Origin: Candidatus Doudnabacteria bacterium
GTDB lineage: Bacteria > Patescibacteriota > Doudnabacteria > UBA920 > O2-02-FULL-48-8
NCBI GenBank assembly: GCA_039931165.1
Contig: JBDTSL010000002.1
Span: 7,134 to 71,133, forward strand
Direction of reading: 5' to 3'
Length of the DNA stretch: 64,000 nt
In this document: positions 37,521 to 46,465 of the stretch, piece by piece
Position numbering within the stretch: position 1 is the stretch's first letter
Layout: each line of letters opens with the position of its first letter
Program-made: the position numbers and the translations under genes
Notes under the pieces: generated by a model
Told to the model about the DNA's origin: nothing
Databases searched by the model: none
The model's input: the letters and a program-made list of their open reading frames with translations, nothing else

Positions 37521-37745
37521 TTATTCTTCAATTTTCTTCAAATCCACTTCAATCTGTTTTAATTCGTTCACCAGCTCTCTGGCTCGCGTATTTTTTATCT
37601 CATCCATCTGAATTAAAGGCGATATCCGATCCAATTCTTCCTGTAGTTGAGATCTAAGTGACTGCAATCGCTTCTTTTTCAATTCAATATCTTCCATTAA
37701 TCCTCTTCCTTCAGGTACTGCTCTTTCGGTTGATTCAGGTCCCAT
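37521..37745 (-). CDS. Small coiled-coil protein (74 aa)
   Basis: ORF abutting rluB; heptad-like charged sequence. Confidence 0.4.
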   Translation of the reverse strand: MGPESTERAVPEGRGLMEDIELKKKRLQSLRSQLQEELDRISPLIQMDEIKNTRARELVNELKQIEVDLKKIEE

Positions 37746-38428
37746 TAAATAATCTCCTTACTGCCAATAATCTTACATTGCCCTAATTGTAAATCATTCA
37801 GGGTTAATTTGCCAATCCGGATGCGCTTAAGGTTTCTGACGGTATAACCCAACGAACCGAACATTTTGCGCACCTGGCGGTTCATTCCTTCGTGGATGGT
37901 GATGTAGACAGTGGTTCCGCTGATCTTAAGCTTGGCGGGCGAGGTCTTTTTGCCGTCGATAATCATGCCATTTTTGATTTTTTCTATTCGTCCCGCCGAT
38001 AATTCCTTGTCCAAAATCACTTCATATTCTTTTTCGTGCTCTTTTGATGGATGGGTCAGGAGCTGGGTCAGTCCGCCGTCATTGGTAAAGATCAAAAGCC
38101 CTTCGGTATTAAAATCAAGGCGGCCGACTGGCCAGACAACATTCCGCAAATTTAGGGGCAATAATTCGTACACGGTTTTACGGTGCTCCGGATCATGCCG
38201 GGTCGTCATATAGCGTTTGGGTTTGTTCAAAACCAGGTAAACCAGTTTTTGCGATCCGATTTTTTTGCCGTTGACCTCAACTTTATCTTTTTCGGGATCG
38301 ATCTTCGTTCCCAGTTCGGTCACGACCTTGCCGTTTACTTTCACTTTCCTGTTCACGATCAAATCTTCGGCATGCCGGCGGGAAGCCACTCCTGCTTGTG
38401 AAATAAATTTTTGTAATCGTTCCAGCAT
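37745..38428 (-). CDS. rluB: rRNA pseudouridine synthase (RluB/RsuA family) with S4 domain
   Basis: N-terminal S4 domain plus the GRLD catalytic motif. Confidence 0.85.
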   Translation of the reverse strand: MLERLQKFISQAGVASRRHAEDLIVNRKVKVNGKVVTELGTKIDPEKDKVEVNGKKIGSQKLVYLVLNKPKRYMTTRHDPEHRKTVYELLPLNLRNVVWPVGRLDFNTEGLLIFTNDGGLTQLLTHPSKEHEKEYEVILDKELSAGRIEKIKNGMIIDGKKTSPAKLKISGTTVYITIHEGMNRQVRKMFGSLGYTVRNLKRIRIGKLTLNDLQLGQCKIIGSKEII

Positions 38429-38907
38429 CAGCTTGATCCGATCAAATAGCCGGCCAGGAAAACCAAGGCACCCCCGACCACCACTTGGAGTATCGAAACA
38501 AAAAAGTTCATTTTCATATACCTGTAGCGGATAAACGCGATGACAAACAACTCAACTCCCACGATCAAATATGCCCAAAACAAAGCGCTGTTAAAATTAT
38601 GCGACAAGAACGGCAAAGTATGGAAAATTCCTCCCAAAAAAGTCATCAGGCCGGTGATGAATCCCCGCATCACCGGATGCCCTCTTCCGGTCAGTTCGCC
38701 CGTATCGGATAGCCCTTCGGCAAAAGCCATGCTGATGGCAGCGCCAGCGGCGGCCGAGAAGCCGATCAAAAATGCGATGTGGTTGCTGCGGGTGGCGAAT
38801 GCCGCGGCGAACAGCGGCGCCAGAGTGGACACCGAGCCGTCCATCAGCCCCAGCAAACCGGGTTGAATTATGCGGCGCAAAAAATGCGCTTCTTGTTCAG
38901 TGTGCAT
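38428..38907 (-). CDS. VIT1/CCC1-family (short form) membrane protein
   Basis: 159 aa with TM helices; VIT-family similarity. Confidence 0.55.
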   Translation of the reverse strand: MHTEQEAHFLRRIIQPGLLGLMDGSVSTLAPLFAAAFATRSNHIAFLIGFSAAAGAAISMAFAEGLSDTGELTGRGHPVMRGFITGLMTFLGGIFHTLPFLSHNFNSALFWAYLIVGVELFVIAFIRYRYMKMNFFVSILQVVVGGALVFLAGYLIGSS

Positions 38908-38977
38908 TAAAATCTTACTTTGAATTACATTAATTTAAAGTTATACTTAAACGGTCTCGGGTTTTGAAGGAGGAAAC

Positions 38978-39250
38978 ATGGAAATCTTAATTGCTGCCTT
39001 GGTAGTGAGCACTGGCATCGTGGCTTGTGTCAAACGTTTCAGGGAAGCGCAAAGAGAACGCTTCGACAACATCGGTCCCACCGTCATGATCCAAGCGATA
39101 GCGCTGGCAGTAAGTTTGGTCTGCCTGGTTTTTGCAGGCGAGTCGGTAATTCTTGCTGTCTGGTCAATCGGTTTTTCAGGACTGGTCATCAGCAGCTACG
39201 TGGTGCATCTCTTCGTACTCGCGGTTAGCAGTGCCAACCCGCCCTGTTAG
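38978..39250 (+). CDS. Small membrane protein (90 aa)
   Basis: RBS ggaggaaac; two TM helices; intrinsic terminator follows. Confidence 0.55.
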   Translation: MEILIAALVVSTGIVACVKRFREAQRERFDNIGPTVMIQAIALAVSLVCLVFAGESVILAVWSIGFSGLVISSYVVHLFVLAVSSANPPC

Positions 39251-39268
39251 TTTTTGAGAACCTTCATG

Positions 39269-39300
39269 CCGCGGTGAACTACACCTTGCGGCTTTTTTTT
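39269..39300 (+). terminator. Intrinsic terminator
   Basis: gccgc-ggtgaactacacctt-gcggc followed by ttttttttt. Confidence 0.6.
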
Positions 39301-39375
39301 TGGTGGGTGTGGCGCGGATCGAACGCGCGACCCTCTGCTTAAAAGGCAGGTGCTCTACCACTGAGCTACACACCC
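39301..39375 (-). tRNA. tRNA-Lys (anticodon TTT), CCA encoded
   Basis: Manual cloverleaf: acceptor GGGTGTG/CACACCC, anticodon loop CTTTTAA, T-arm GCGCG-TTCGATC-CGCGC. Confidence 0.8.
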
Positions 39376-39522
39376 AAAAATTGCCAAGCAATTTTTGCCT
39401 CGAGCCTGCCGAGAGGCTCAGACAATAAAAGCCTACTTATTATACAGATTTTGGGAGATTTTTCAACCTTCTCGACACCGCTCGAGGTTGACCCTGAGCG
39501 ATAGCCGAACGGGTCAAGACTT

Positions 39523-39640
39523 GAACCCAGTATATCAACTTTTGATAATGGCCTTCAAAAATTACTTTAGCAGTGATCTAAATTCACTGTTCACGGCCAT
39601 TTGAACCGCAAAAGCATCAAAGTTGTATTACTGGGTGAAC
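39523..39640. repeat. MITE-like element, family A copy 2, supplying the last codons and stop of dnaJ
   Basis: acccagtatatcaacttttgataatgg...ggccatt...atcaaagttgtattactgggtgaac; about 85% identical to the arms of 935-1094. Confidence 0.55.
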
Positions 39641-40767
39641 TTTCCCCAAAAACCTTCGTCCACATCTACGGCTTCGCCTTTTTCTCCGGCCATTTGCTTG
39701 AACAATTCTTTTTCTTTCTTGGTAAGCTTCGTCGGAGTCACAACATGGACTGTCACAAAATGATCTCCCCGTCCCGAACCGTTGAGGATGGGCACGCCCT
39801 TGCCTTTCAGCCGGAAAACTTTTTCGGTCTGGGTTCCGGCCGGGATTTTCATTTTTGCTGTGCCATCCACCGTCATCACCTCAATCGTGGTGCCCAGCGC
39901 CGCCTGATAAAAGCTAACCGGGAGCTCTGAAAAAACATTGCTGCCTTCCCTCTTAAATCCGGATTTTTCGGAAACATGGATCCGCAAATAAAGGTCGCCG
40001 AAATTTGATCCTTTGTAGCCCACTTCTCCTTCGTTGGCCACACGAATCCTCTGCCCTTCCTCAATCCCCGCCGGAATTTTTACCTTTAAAGTTTTTCTTG
40101 CCCTGACTGAACCCGATCCTTTACAGACCGAACACGCCCGCTCCGGGACTTTGCCCGTGCCATCGCACTCATCGCACGTTGCGGTTGATGCGATGGAACC
40201 GAATATGGTGCGGCGGTTGGTCCGGATCTGGCCTGTGCCATGGCATTTCGGGCAGGTCAGAATCTTGCTCCCGGGCTCTCCTCCCGAACCTTTACAATGC
40301 GCGCAGGTGTCGGTTTTCTCCAAGGTTATTTCTTTTTCTACCCCAAAAACAGCCTCATCGAAAGTCAGATAAATTTCCATCTCCAGATCCACTCCGCGTT
40401 CGCGCCGGGCTCGCCTGGTGGCGGTAGGCCCGCCAAAAATATCCGAGAACATATCAAAGGCATCGTCAAATTCAATGCCACCATTAAATCCCTGAGTGAA
40501 ATTGGAAAAATCAAACCCCTCGAAACCGGTCCCTGTCGCCCCCGCTCCCGCCCTATTCTGGTAATTCGAGCCAAACCGGTCGAACTGCTGACGCTTTTCG
40601 GGATTGGACAGAACCTGATAAGCCTCATTTATTTCCTTAAACTTGGCCTCATTGCCTTTGTCCTTGTCCGGATGATGCTCATGGGCCAATTTCCGGTACG
40701 CCTTCTTGATCTCTTCCGGACTGGCATTTTTTGCCACACCGAGTGTGGAATAATAATCAGCTGCCAT
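39628..40767 (-). CDS. dnaJ: Chaperone DnaJ
   Basis: J-domain with HPD, G/F region, four CxxCxGxG zinc fingers, C-terminal domain. Confidence 0.95.
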   Translation of the reverse strand: MAADYYSTLGVAKNASPEEIKKAYRKLAHEHHPDKDKGNEAKFKEINEAYQVLSNPEKRQQFDRFGSNYQNRAGAGATGTGFEGFDFSNFTQGFNGGIEFDDAFDMFSDIFGGPTATRRARRERGVDLEMEIYLTFDEAVFGVEKEITLEKTDTCAHCKGSGGEPGSKILTCPKCHGTGQIRTNRRTIFGSIASTATCDECDGTGKVPERACSVCKGSGSVRARKTLKVKIPAGIEEGQRIRVANEGEVGYKGSNFGDLYLRIHVSEKSGFKREGSNVFSELPVSFYQAALGTTIEVMTVDGTAKMKIPAGTQTEKVFRLKGKGVPILNGSGRGDHFVTVHVVTPTKLTKKEKELFKQMAGEKGEAVDVDEGFWGKFTQ

Positions 40768-40770
40768 AAA

Positions 40771-41664
40771 TTATACGGTTAGTCTCTCCACTTCAACCTG
40801 GATTTTGGCTAATTTGAAAAACTTCACCGCCAATAATATCCTGAACAATACCCAGCATATCAATTGAGTGGTCCAATTGAGCAAAAACGCGAATGTCAGC
40901 AGCAAGCCGGTAACAATGATCGCGAAAACAAACGGGAAATATCCCTCGTAATTGAGCGAGGCCTGACGTAGCTTGTCGGTGGCGATCTGGGCGAAGACGT
41001 CAGCCAGGGACTGATTGCCGGACACAGCCTTGATCTGAAACTGTTTAAAAAAATCGGCGCGGTATTGTCTGATGACCGAAGGATTTGTGGTCTTGGCCTG
41101 GTTTGATAAAAATTGGTCAAGCGTCTGGTTAAAATCAACCCCGGCCGGCAGGTCCTTGGTAAAATATGGCACGGTTTTGGCCGCGGCCTGTCCCAGACGC
41201 TGATAATAAGCATCGGGGTTAGCCAGAAAATCAGCTTGCGTATTGTAGTAGACGATGCACCCGATCAAAAGCAAAATGGCGTAGATCATGACCGAGACGC
41301 TGTTACTGATCACTCGCCGCATAGAAAAATCCACGGAGTTTTTTTCTTCGGACCTGATGCGCCATTCGAACAAAAACATTAAGATCAGAAAAAGCCCGCC
41401 GCCCAAAATCACTGCCGGGTCTTTGGGCATGACCAGAACATAACCGGCGATGGTCAAAATTTCCACAACCAGAGCAGTCCGGCGGCTCTTATTGGTCAGA
41501 TAAAAAAAGGTCAAAAACGAAATAGCCGTGATCGATGCAAGCACTGCCCAAAGCCAAAAAATCGGGGACTTGCCGTCAATAATTCCCTGCCGCAACAAAA
41601 ACCAGTCAGCTGTCCATAGAACCACCGAAACCAGGCCCAAAACATCAACTTTAATATTTTTCAT
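40771..41664 (-). CDS. Polytopic membrane protein, hypothetical
   Basis: Multiple TM helices. Start taken at the internal Met (MKNIKV) to avoid overlap with the upstream ORF. Confidence 0.5.
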   Translation of the reverse strand: MKNIKVDVLGLVSVVLWTADWFLLRQGIIDGKSPIFWLWAVLASITAISFLTFFYLTNKSRRTALVVEILTIAGYVLVMPKDPAVILGGGLFLILMFLFEWRIRSEEKNSVDFSMRRVISNSVSVMIYAILLLIGCIVYYNTQADFLANPDAYYQRLGQAAAKTVPYFTKDLPAGVDFNQTLDQFLSNQAKTTNPSVIRQYRADFFKQFQIKAVSGNQSLADVFAQIATDKLRQASLNYEGYFPFVFAIIVTGLLLTFAFLLNWTTQLICWVLFRILLAVKFFKLAKIQVEVERLTV

Positions 41665-41671
41665 TTGTTTT

Positions 41672-41998
41672 TTATTTACTGCCGAACCCGAATGGCCGGT
41701 CAGAGCTTGACGTTTGGCCTCCGGCTTGGGGTTTCTGCTCCTCAATTTTCCCGAACTGTTCTTCGTATTTTTTCAGATTATCGTTGATCGCCGCAGCCAT
41801 CCGCTTGAAATGCCCGGGACTGGTGATGACTTTCGCCGTGGCGATGCCTTGTCCCGGCGGCGGAAAAAACGCGAGGTTGATAAAATCCAAAACAAATTCT
41901 TCCTTGGAATGCGACACGAACATATTGTTGGCATAAGAGCCTTTCAGGACATCATCGGGAATTTTTATATTGATGTTTTGACCTTGTTGTTGATCCAT
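41672..41998 (-). CDS. DUF3467-like small protein
   Basis: 108-aa ORF between dnaK and dnaJ. Confidence 0.5.
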   Translation of the reverse strand: MDQQQGQNINIKIPDDVLKGSYANNMFVSHSKEEFVLDFINLAFFPPPGQGIATAKVITSPGHFKRMAAAINDNLKKYEEQFGKIEEQKPQAGGQTSSSDRPFGFGSK

Positions 41999-42007
41999 AT
42001 TGATTAT

Positions 42008-42086
42008 CTACGAAAGTACGAATTTTTCGAAATTACGAAGCGGGCTAACTCTTTTCGTAATTTCGTTTTCTTTCGTACTTTCGTAG
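42008..42086. other. 79-bp near-perfect nested palindrome between dnaK and the DUF3467 gene
   Basis: ctacgaaagtacgaa-ttttt-cgaaattacgaa-gcgggctaactc-ttttcgtaatttcg-ttttc-ttcgtactttcgtag. Confidence 0.6.
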
Positions 42087-42094
42087 CAAGTTAA

Positions 42095-43954
42095 TTATTT
42101 CTTAGTTTCATCGACAACTTCGGCATCCACTGGACCCTGTTTGGCATCCGGCTCAGTCTTTTCTGTTCCCTGGGCGCTGGCGCCTGGCCCCTGCTCTTTA
42201 TACATAGCCGCGCCGACTTTTTGGATGGCAGCAGATAACTCATCCATGGCTTTTTTTATCGGATCCAATTCCGGTTTATCTTTGATCGCTTTAAGGGCGT
42301 CAATCTTGGTTTGGACTTCTTTTTTATCGGCTTCGGAAGCCTTTCCCTCCGCGTCTTTCAGCGTTCGTTCTGAAACGGAGATCAAAGTGTCGGCGTTATT
42401 CCGAGTCTCAATCACTTCCTTATTCTTGCGGTCTTCCTCGGCATGAGCTTCCGCTTCCTTTTTCATGCGCTCCACTTCTTCTTTTGACAGGTTGGATGAA
42501 CCGGTCACGGTAATGTTCTGGGATTTTCCGGTCCCTTTGTCTTTGGCCGTAACTTTCAGGATGCCGTTGGCATCAATGTCGAAAGTCACTTCTATCTGGG
42601 GCACGCCCCGGGGCGCAGGCGGCAAGCCGTCCAAGTGGAAGCTGCCGAGCGACTTGTTATCTTTGGCGAATGGCCTCTCGCCCTGCACGATATTTATTTC
42701 CACAGAGGTCTGGTTGTCCGCCGCGGTTGAGAAAGTCTGGCTTTTTGAGGTCGGAATCGTGGTGTTCCGTTCGATGAGAGGCGTGGCTACCCCGCCCAGA
42801 GTTTCCAGGCCCAGGGTCAGCGGTGTCACATCCAGCAGAAGAATTTCTTTTCCGGCAACATCGCCGGACAGCACACCGGCCTGCACTGCGGCGCCCTTAG
42901 CCACGGCTTCCATCGGATCAATGCCGCGCTCCACCTGCTTGCCGATGTATTCTTCCACGAATTTGGCAACTACCGGCATGCGGGTCGGGCCTCCGATCAA
43001 AATAATTTTGGCGATGTCGGCAGGAGTGAGTTTTGCGTCTGTCAGAGCCTGCTCGACCGGCTGCTTCATCCGCGCCACGATCGGTTTAACCAAATCTTCC
43101 AGTTTCGAGCGTGTCAATTTCATGTTTAGATGTTTTGGACCGGCAGCGTCCGCGGAGATGAACGGCAGGTTCAGATCGGTTTCGAGAGTGGTGGATAGTT
43201 CAATTTTGGCTTTTTCCACGGCCTCGCGCACGCGGTTCATGGCCATTTTGTCTTGTGTCAGATCCAAGCCGGTTTCGCGTTTGAATTCGGACGCCACAAA
43301 ATCAATCAGAGTCTGGTCCATGTCCTTGCCGCCGAGCTGGGTGTCGCCTGACGTCGACAAAACCTCGAAAGTCGCCTGTCCTCCCGCTTCGCCGAAATCC
43401 ATGATCGTCACATCCAGCGTACCGCCGCCCAGATCGAACACCAGGATCTTCTGGTCTTTGCCCGATTTATCCAGGCCGTAGGCGAAAGCCGCGGCAGTCG
43501 GCTCATTGATCACGCGCACCACATCCAAGCCCGCGATTACGCCGGCATTTTTCGTGGCCGTTCTTTGGCTGTCGTCAAAGTATGCGGGAACCGTGATCAC
43601 AGCCTTGGCCACAGGCTCGCCCAAAAACGCTTCCGCGTCTTTTTTGATCTTTTGCAGCAAAAACGCGGAAAGCTGCTCCGGCGTATACTCCTTGCCAATA
43701 AGTTTATACTTGAAATTGGTGCCCATTTTGCGTTTAAATTCAAACGCTGTGCCTTCCGGATTGGTCACAGCCTGCCGTCTGGCCGGCTCGCCGACCAGAA
43801 GCTGACCGTCCTTCGTGAACGCGACATATGATGGGAAGGCTTTGCCTGACATGGTCTGGCCTTCGGCCGACGGAATGATCACCGGCTTCCCGGCTTCCAT
43901 CACCGAGGCGGCGCTATTTGATGTTCCCAAATCTATTCCTATAATTTTTGGCAT
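42095..43954 (-). CDS. dnaK: Chaperone DnaK (Hsp70)
   Basis: [23 protein letters not shown] and other motifs; 619 aa. Confidence 0.95.
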   Translation of the reverse strand: MPKIIGIDLGTSNSAASVMEAGKPVIIPSAEGQTMSGKAFPSYVAFTKDGQLLVGEPARRQAVTNPEGTAFEFKRKMGTNFKYKLIGKEYTPEQLSAFLLQKIKKDAEAFLGEPVAKAVITVPAYFDDSQRTATKNAGVIAGLDVVRVINEPTAAAFAYGLDKSGKDQKILVFDLGGGTLDVTIMDFGEAGGQATFEVLSTSGDTQLGGKDMDQTLIDFVASEFKRETGLDLTQDKMAMNRVREAVEKAKIELSTTLETDLNLPFISADAAGPKHLNMKLTRSKLEDLVKPIVARMKQPVEQALTDAKLTPADIAKIILIGGPTRMPVVAKFVEEYIGKQVERGIDPMEAVAKGAAVQAGVLSGDVAGKEILLLDVTPLTLGLETLGGVATPLIERNTTIPTSKSQTFSTAADNQTSVEINIVQGERPFAKDNKSLGSFHLDGLPPAPRGVPQIEVTFDIDANGILKVTAKDKGTGKSQNITVTGSSNLSKEEVERMKKEAEAHAEEDRKNKEVIETRNNADTLISVSERTLKDAEGKASEADKKEVQTKIDALKAIKDKPELDPIKKAMDELSAAIQKVGAAMYKEQGPGASAQGTEKTEPDAKQGPVDAEVVDETKK

Positions 43955-43955
43955 A

Positions 43956-44426
43956 CTATTTATCCTTTCCCACTCCGACTTTCGCCGGAATAATTACTTT
44001 ATTGTTCAATAAAAATCCGGGCTGAATTTCTTTCACGATCTTGCCTGGCTCCGATCCCTCAATTTGTTCAACCGCTTCATGCCTGGTCGGATCAAACTTT
44101 TCGCCAACTGTCTTGATCTTCACCACTCCCAGTTCTTCCATGCTTTTTTCCAGTTGCTGTATAGTGGCGCGCAATCCCGTCAGCCAATCTTTATACTTTT
44201 CGTCTTCCGGCGCGTAAAACAGAACCTGTTCCAGGCTCTGCAAACTCGGCATCAATCTGATGACCGCCATTTCTTTGGCGAATTCAAACAGTTCTTTCGA
44301 TTCCGCTTCCTTGCGCTTCCGGTAGTTCTCAAAATCCGCCGCGGTGCGCTTCCAGTTCGCGGTCAGTTCCGCGATCTGTTCTTCGGGACTGACTATTTTC
44401 GGTTCGTCTTGTTGCTGATCTGTCAT
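43956..44426 (-). CDS. grpE: Nucleotide exchange factor GrpE
   Basis: GrpE-family similarity; operon with dnaK. Confidence 0.85.
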   Translation of the reverse strand: MTDQQQDEPKIVSPEEQIAELTANWKRTAADFENYRKRKEAESKELFEFAKEMAVIRLMPSLQSLEQVLFYAPEDEKYKDWLTGLRATIQQLEKSMEELGVVKIKTVGEKFDPTRHEAVEQIEGSEPGKIVKEIQPGFLLNNKVIIPAKVGVGKDK

Positions 44427-44440
44427 ATTATTTCTTGCCT

Positions 44441-44590
44441 CCTCTAGCGTCTTTGCGAGGAGGCCGATTAATTAAGCCTTCGTCTTGCGGCCGACGAAGC
44501 AATCTCTTTCCTGTGAAAAGATTGCTTCGCTCCTGCCAAAATTTAACCCCTAAGCAGCAGTCGCTCGCAAAGACATTATATTTTTATAAG
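44441..44590. repeat. MITE-like element, family B copy 2. It lies between hrcA and grpE, supplying the grpE leader and RBS and overlapping the hrcA stop.
   Basis: The reverse complement aligns with 30162-30293 over about 130 bp. Confidence 0.6.
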
Positions 44591-45307
44591 TAAAACTATA
44601 ATAGCGGTTCCGGCAATCAGTTTGGCTAAATAATTGATAATCGACAAATTCTTCGCGTACGACATCCGTTTCGGGCCGATTATCCCGATCACGCCTTTTT
44701 TTCCGTCCTTCAGCTTGACGTTTGAAACTATCAAGCTCAGATTTTTTGGCACCGGCACAGGCGATTCACCGCCGATTATGGCTTCGGCATTCAGGTCCGA
44801 TTTCTTCACAAGCTTATTCGCGGTCTGGTCAATGTTCTCCAGAAGCTGGGCGACCTGTTTCATGGTTTTGGGATCCGCGAATTCAGGATCACCAATAATG
44901 TGGGACAGTCCGGTAGAGGACGATTGGTTCGGCAGAAGCGCAAACGCGGCCTGTCCCGAAACCTGCGAAAGAAGATTGGAAATGGACCGTCCCAGCTGTT
45001 CGTGGGCAGCAGTTAGCTTGATCAGTTCGGATTTCAGCATCTTTCTTTCCTTTTCCGACAATTCAAACCTGCGCATCAGCTCATTCACGAAAAATCGATA
45101 GCCTTTATCAGTCGGCACGCGGCCGGCGGATTTATGCGGCTGCATGATATAGCCCTGCTCTTCCAGTTGTGCCATGTCATTGCGGATGGTGGCCGAACTG
45201 ACGCGCAAGCCATAGCGATCCTCGATTTCCTTGGATCCCACAGGATTAGCGGATTCCGAGTATTCTTTGACTATTGCGGCTAGTATCTTTTGATGGCGGA
45301 TATCCAT
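44576..45307 (-). CDS. hrcA: Heat-inducible transcription repressor HrcA
   Basis: HrcA-family N-terminal wHTH and C-terminal domain. Confidence 0.85.
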   Translation of the reverse strand: MDIRHQKILAAIVKEYSESANPVGSKEIEDRYGLRVSSATIRNDMAQLEEQGYIMQPHKSAGRVPTDKGYRFFVNELMRRFELSEKERKMLKSELIKLTAAHEQLGRSISNLLSQVSGQAAFALLPNQSSSTGLSHIIGDPEFADPKTMKQVAQLLENIDQTANKLVKKSDLNAEAIIGGESPVPVPKNLSLIVSNVKLKDGKKGVIGIIGPKRMSYAKNLSIINYLAKLIAGTAIIVLLIKI

Positions 45308-45319
45308 TTTCTGGCTTAC

Positions 45320-45346
45320 TTAGCACTATTAGAACTTTGGTGCTAA
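45320..45346. promoter_or_regulatory. CIRCE operator upstream of hrcA
   Basis: ttagcacta-ttagaactt-tggtgctaa against the consensus TTAGCACTC-N9-GAGTGCTAA. Confidence 0.6.
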
Positions 45347-45454
45347 CCTTATTTAATATTTTAATATTAGCACTCCACCTTGTCAAGTGCCAGCTCAACA
45401 AAAAAGCCGCTCTGCCAGCTGGCGGATAAGCGGCTCTTTTGTTGCCTCCGGTTT

Positions 45455-46396
45455 TTACTGAAGCGGCTGAGGTCTAGGTAGAGGCGGGGATGACTTGTTA
45501 TACAATTGCGGGTCTATGGTCCTCTCGAAGCAAACCCGGCCGTAGTCATGATTCCAATTGTCATAAGGATAGATCATGGGGATTGCTTTTCCCTGATCCA
45601 AACTTGGGAGATTGAAATTGGCGCAGAGCTGAAAAGCCAAGTTTCCGGTGATTGCATATTCATAAGGATTATTTGTTTCAGGATCGACAGGCGAGCTGAA
45701 TCCCGAAATACTGTCCTTCAGATCGTTCAGAGTCGGAGGCAGGCTGTCTTTTTGCTGCCAGTAATTGACCACCTGGCCTTGAATGGTCTGCAGGTCCGAA
45801 ACTTTACGGGAATCAAAGTTAAGCTGGCGTTGGCGGGCAGGACTGCCAACCGCTATAAATCCGCCAATGGCGCTTGCCAGAACCAAAAGTGAAACACCCC
45901 ACGCCAGAACTTTAATATTTTTAATGCTTCCCAGGCGCAGATCGTAATAATAATAGAGGAAGACCGCGGCCGCGGTTATCAGCACTACGAGAATTTTCAG
46001 AAAAAATCTCAGCGTCACCTCGCCGCCGAACAAGTTATAAACCAGAGTTATCACATCTATGATCACGGTCAGGGCCGAAATAAACAATGTCAGGTACACC
46101 AACCATTTACGCACCCGGATTTCGCGCAGCGCAGGGTCCGAACCAAACTCCCGGTTGATCAGCCAGGTCATCAGGACATATACCGGATACATAACGACCA
46201 AAACAGAGGCTGACCAGCGGATGCTGTTAAGAATGGAAGTATAATAGTAGTTAAGCGGGTCCGGGAACCAGATATTGATAAACTGCCAAAGCAGCGCTAT
46301 AAAACTTACCACCGATGCATAGAGCGTGACAATGGCCAAAAGGTGCATAAATACATCTTTCGGAGTGCTCCTGGGAGCCGTAATTAATTGTGCCAT
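45455..46396 (-). CDS. Membrane protein, hypothetical
   Basis: 313 aa with about 6 TM helices; intrinsic terminator downstream (agagccgct...agcggct plus tttttt). Confidence 0.5.
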   Translation of the reverse strand: MAQLITAPRSTPKDVFMHLLAIVTLYASVVSFIALLWQFINIWFPDPLNYYYTSILNSIRWSASVLVVMYPVYVLMTWLINREFGSDPALREIRVRKWLVYLTLFISALTVIIDVITLVYNLFGGEVTLRFFLKILVVLITAAAVFLYYYYDLRLGSIKNIKVLAWGVSLLVLASAIGGFIAVGSPARQRQLNFDSRKVSDLQTIQGQVVNYWQQKDSLPPTLNDLKDSISGFSSPVDPETNNPYEYAITGNLAFQLCANFNLPSLDQGKAIPMIYPYDNWNHDYGRVCFERTIDPQLYNKSSPPLPRPQPLQ

Positions 46397-46465
46397 GAAA
46401 AAAATTGGTTAATAACTTAATCTAATTATAGGACAAATGACGCATACGTTCAAGAATCGCTAATT

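Noticed and set aside
42465-43481. 338-aa plus-strand ORF
   Set aside because: Antisense to dnaK; Ser-rich low complexity.
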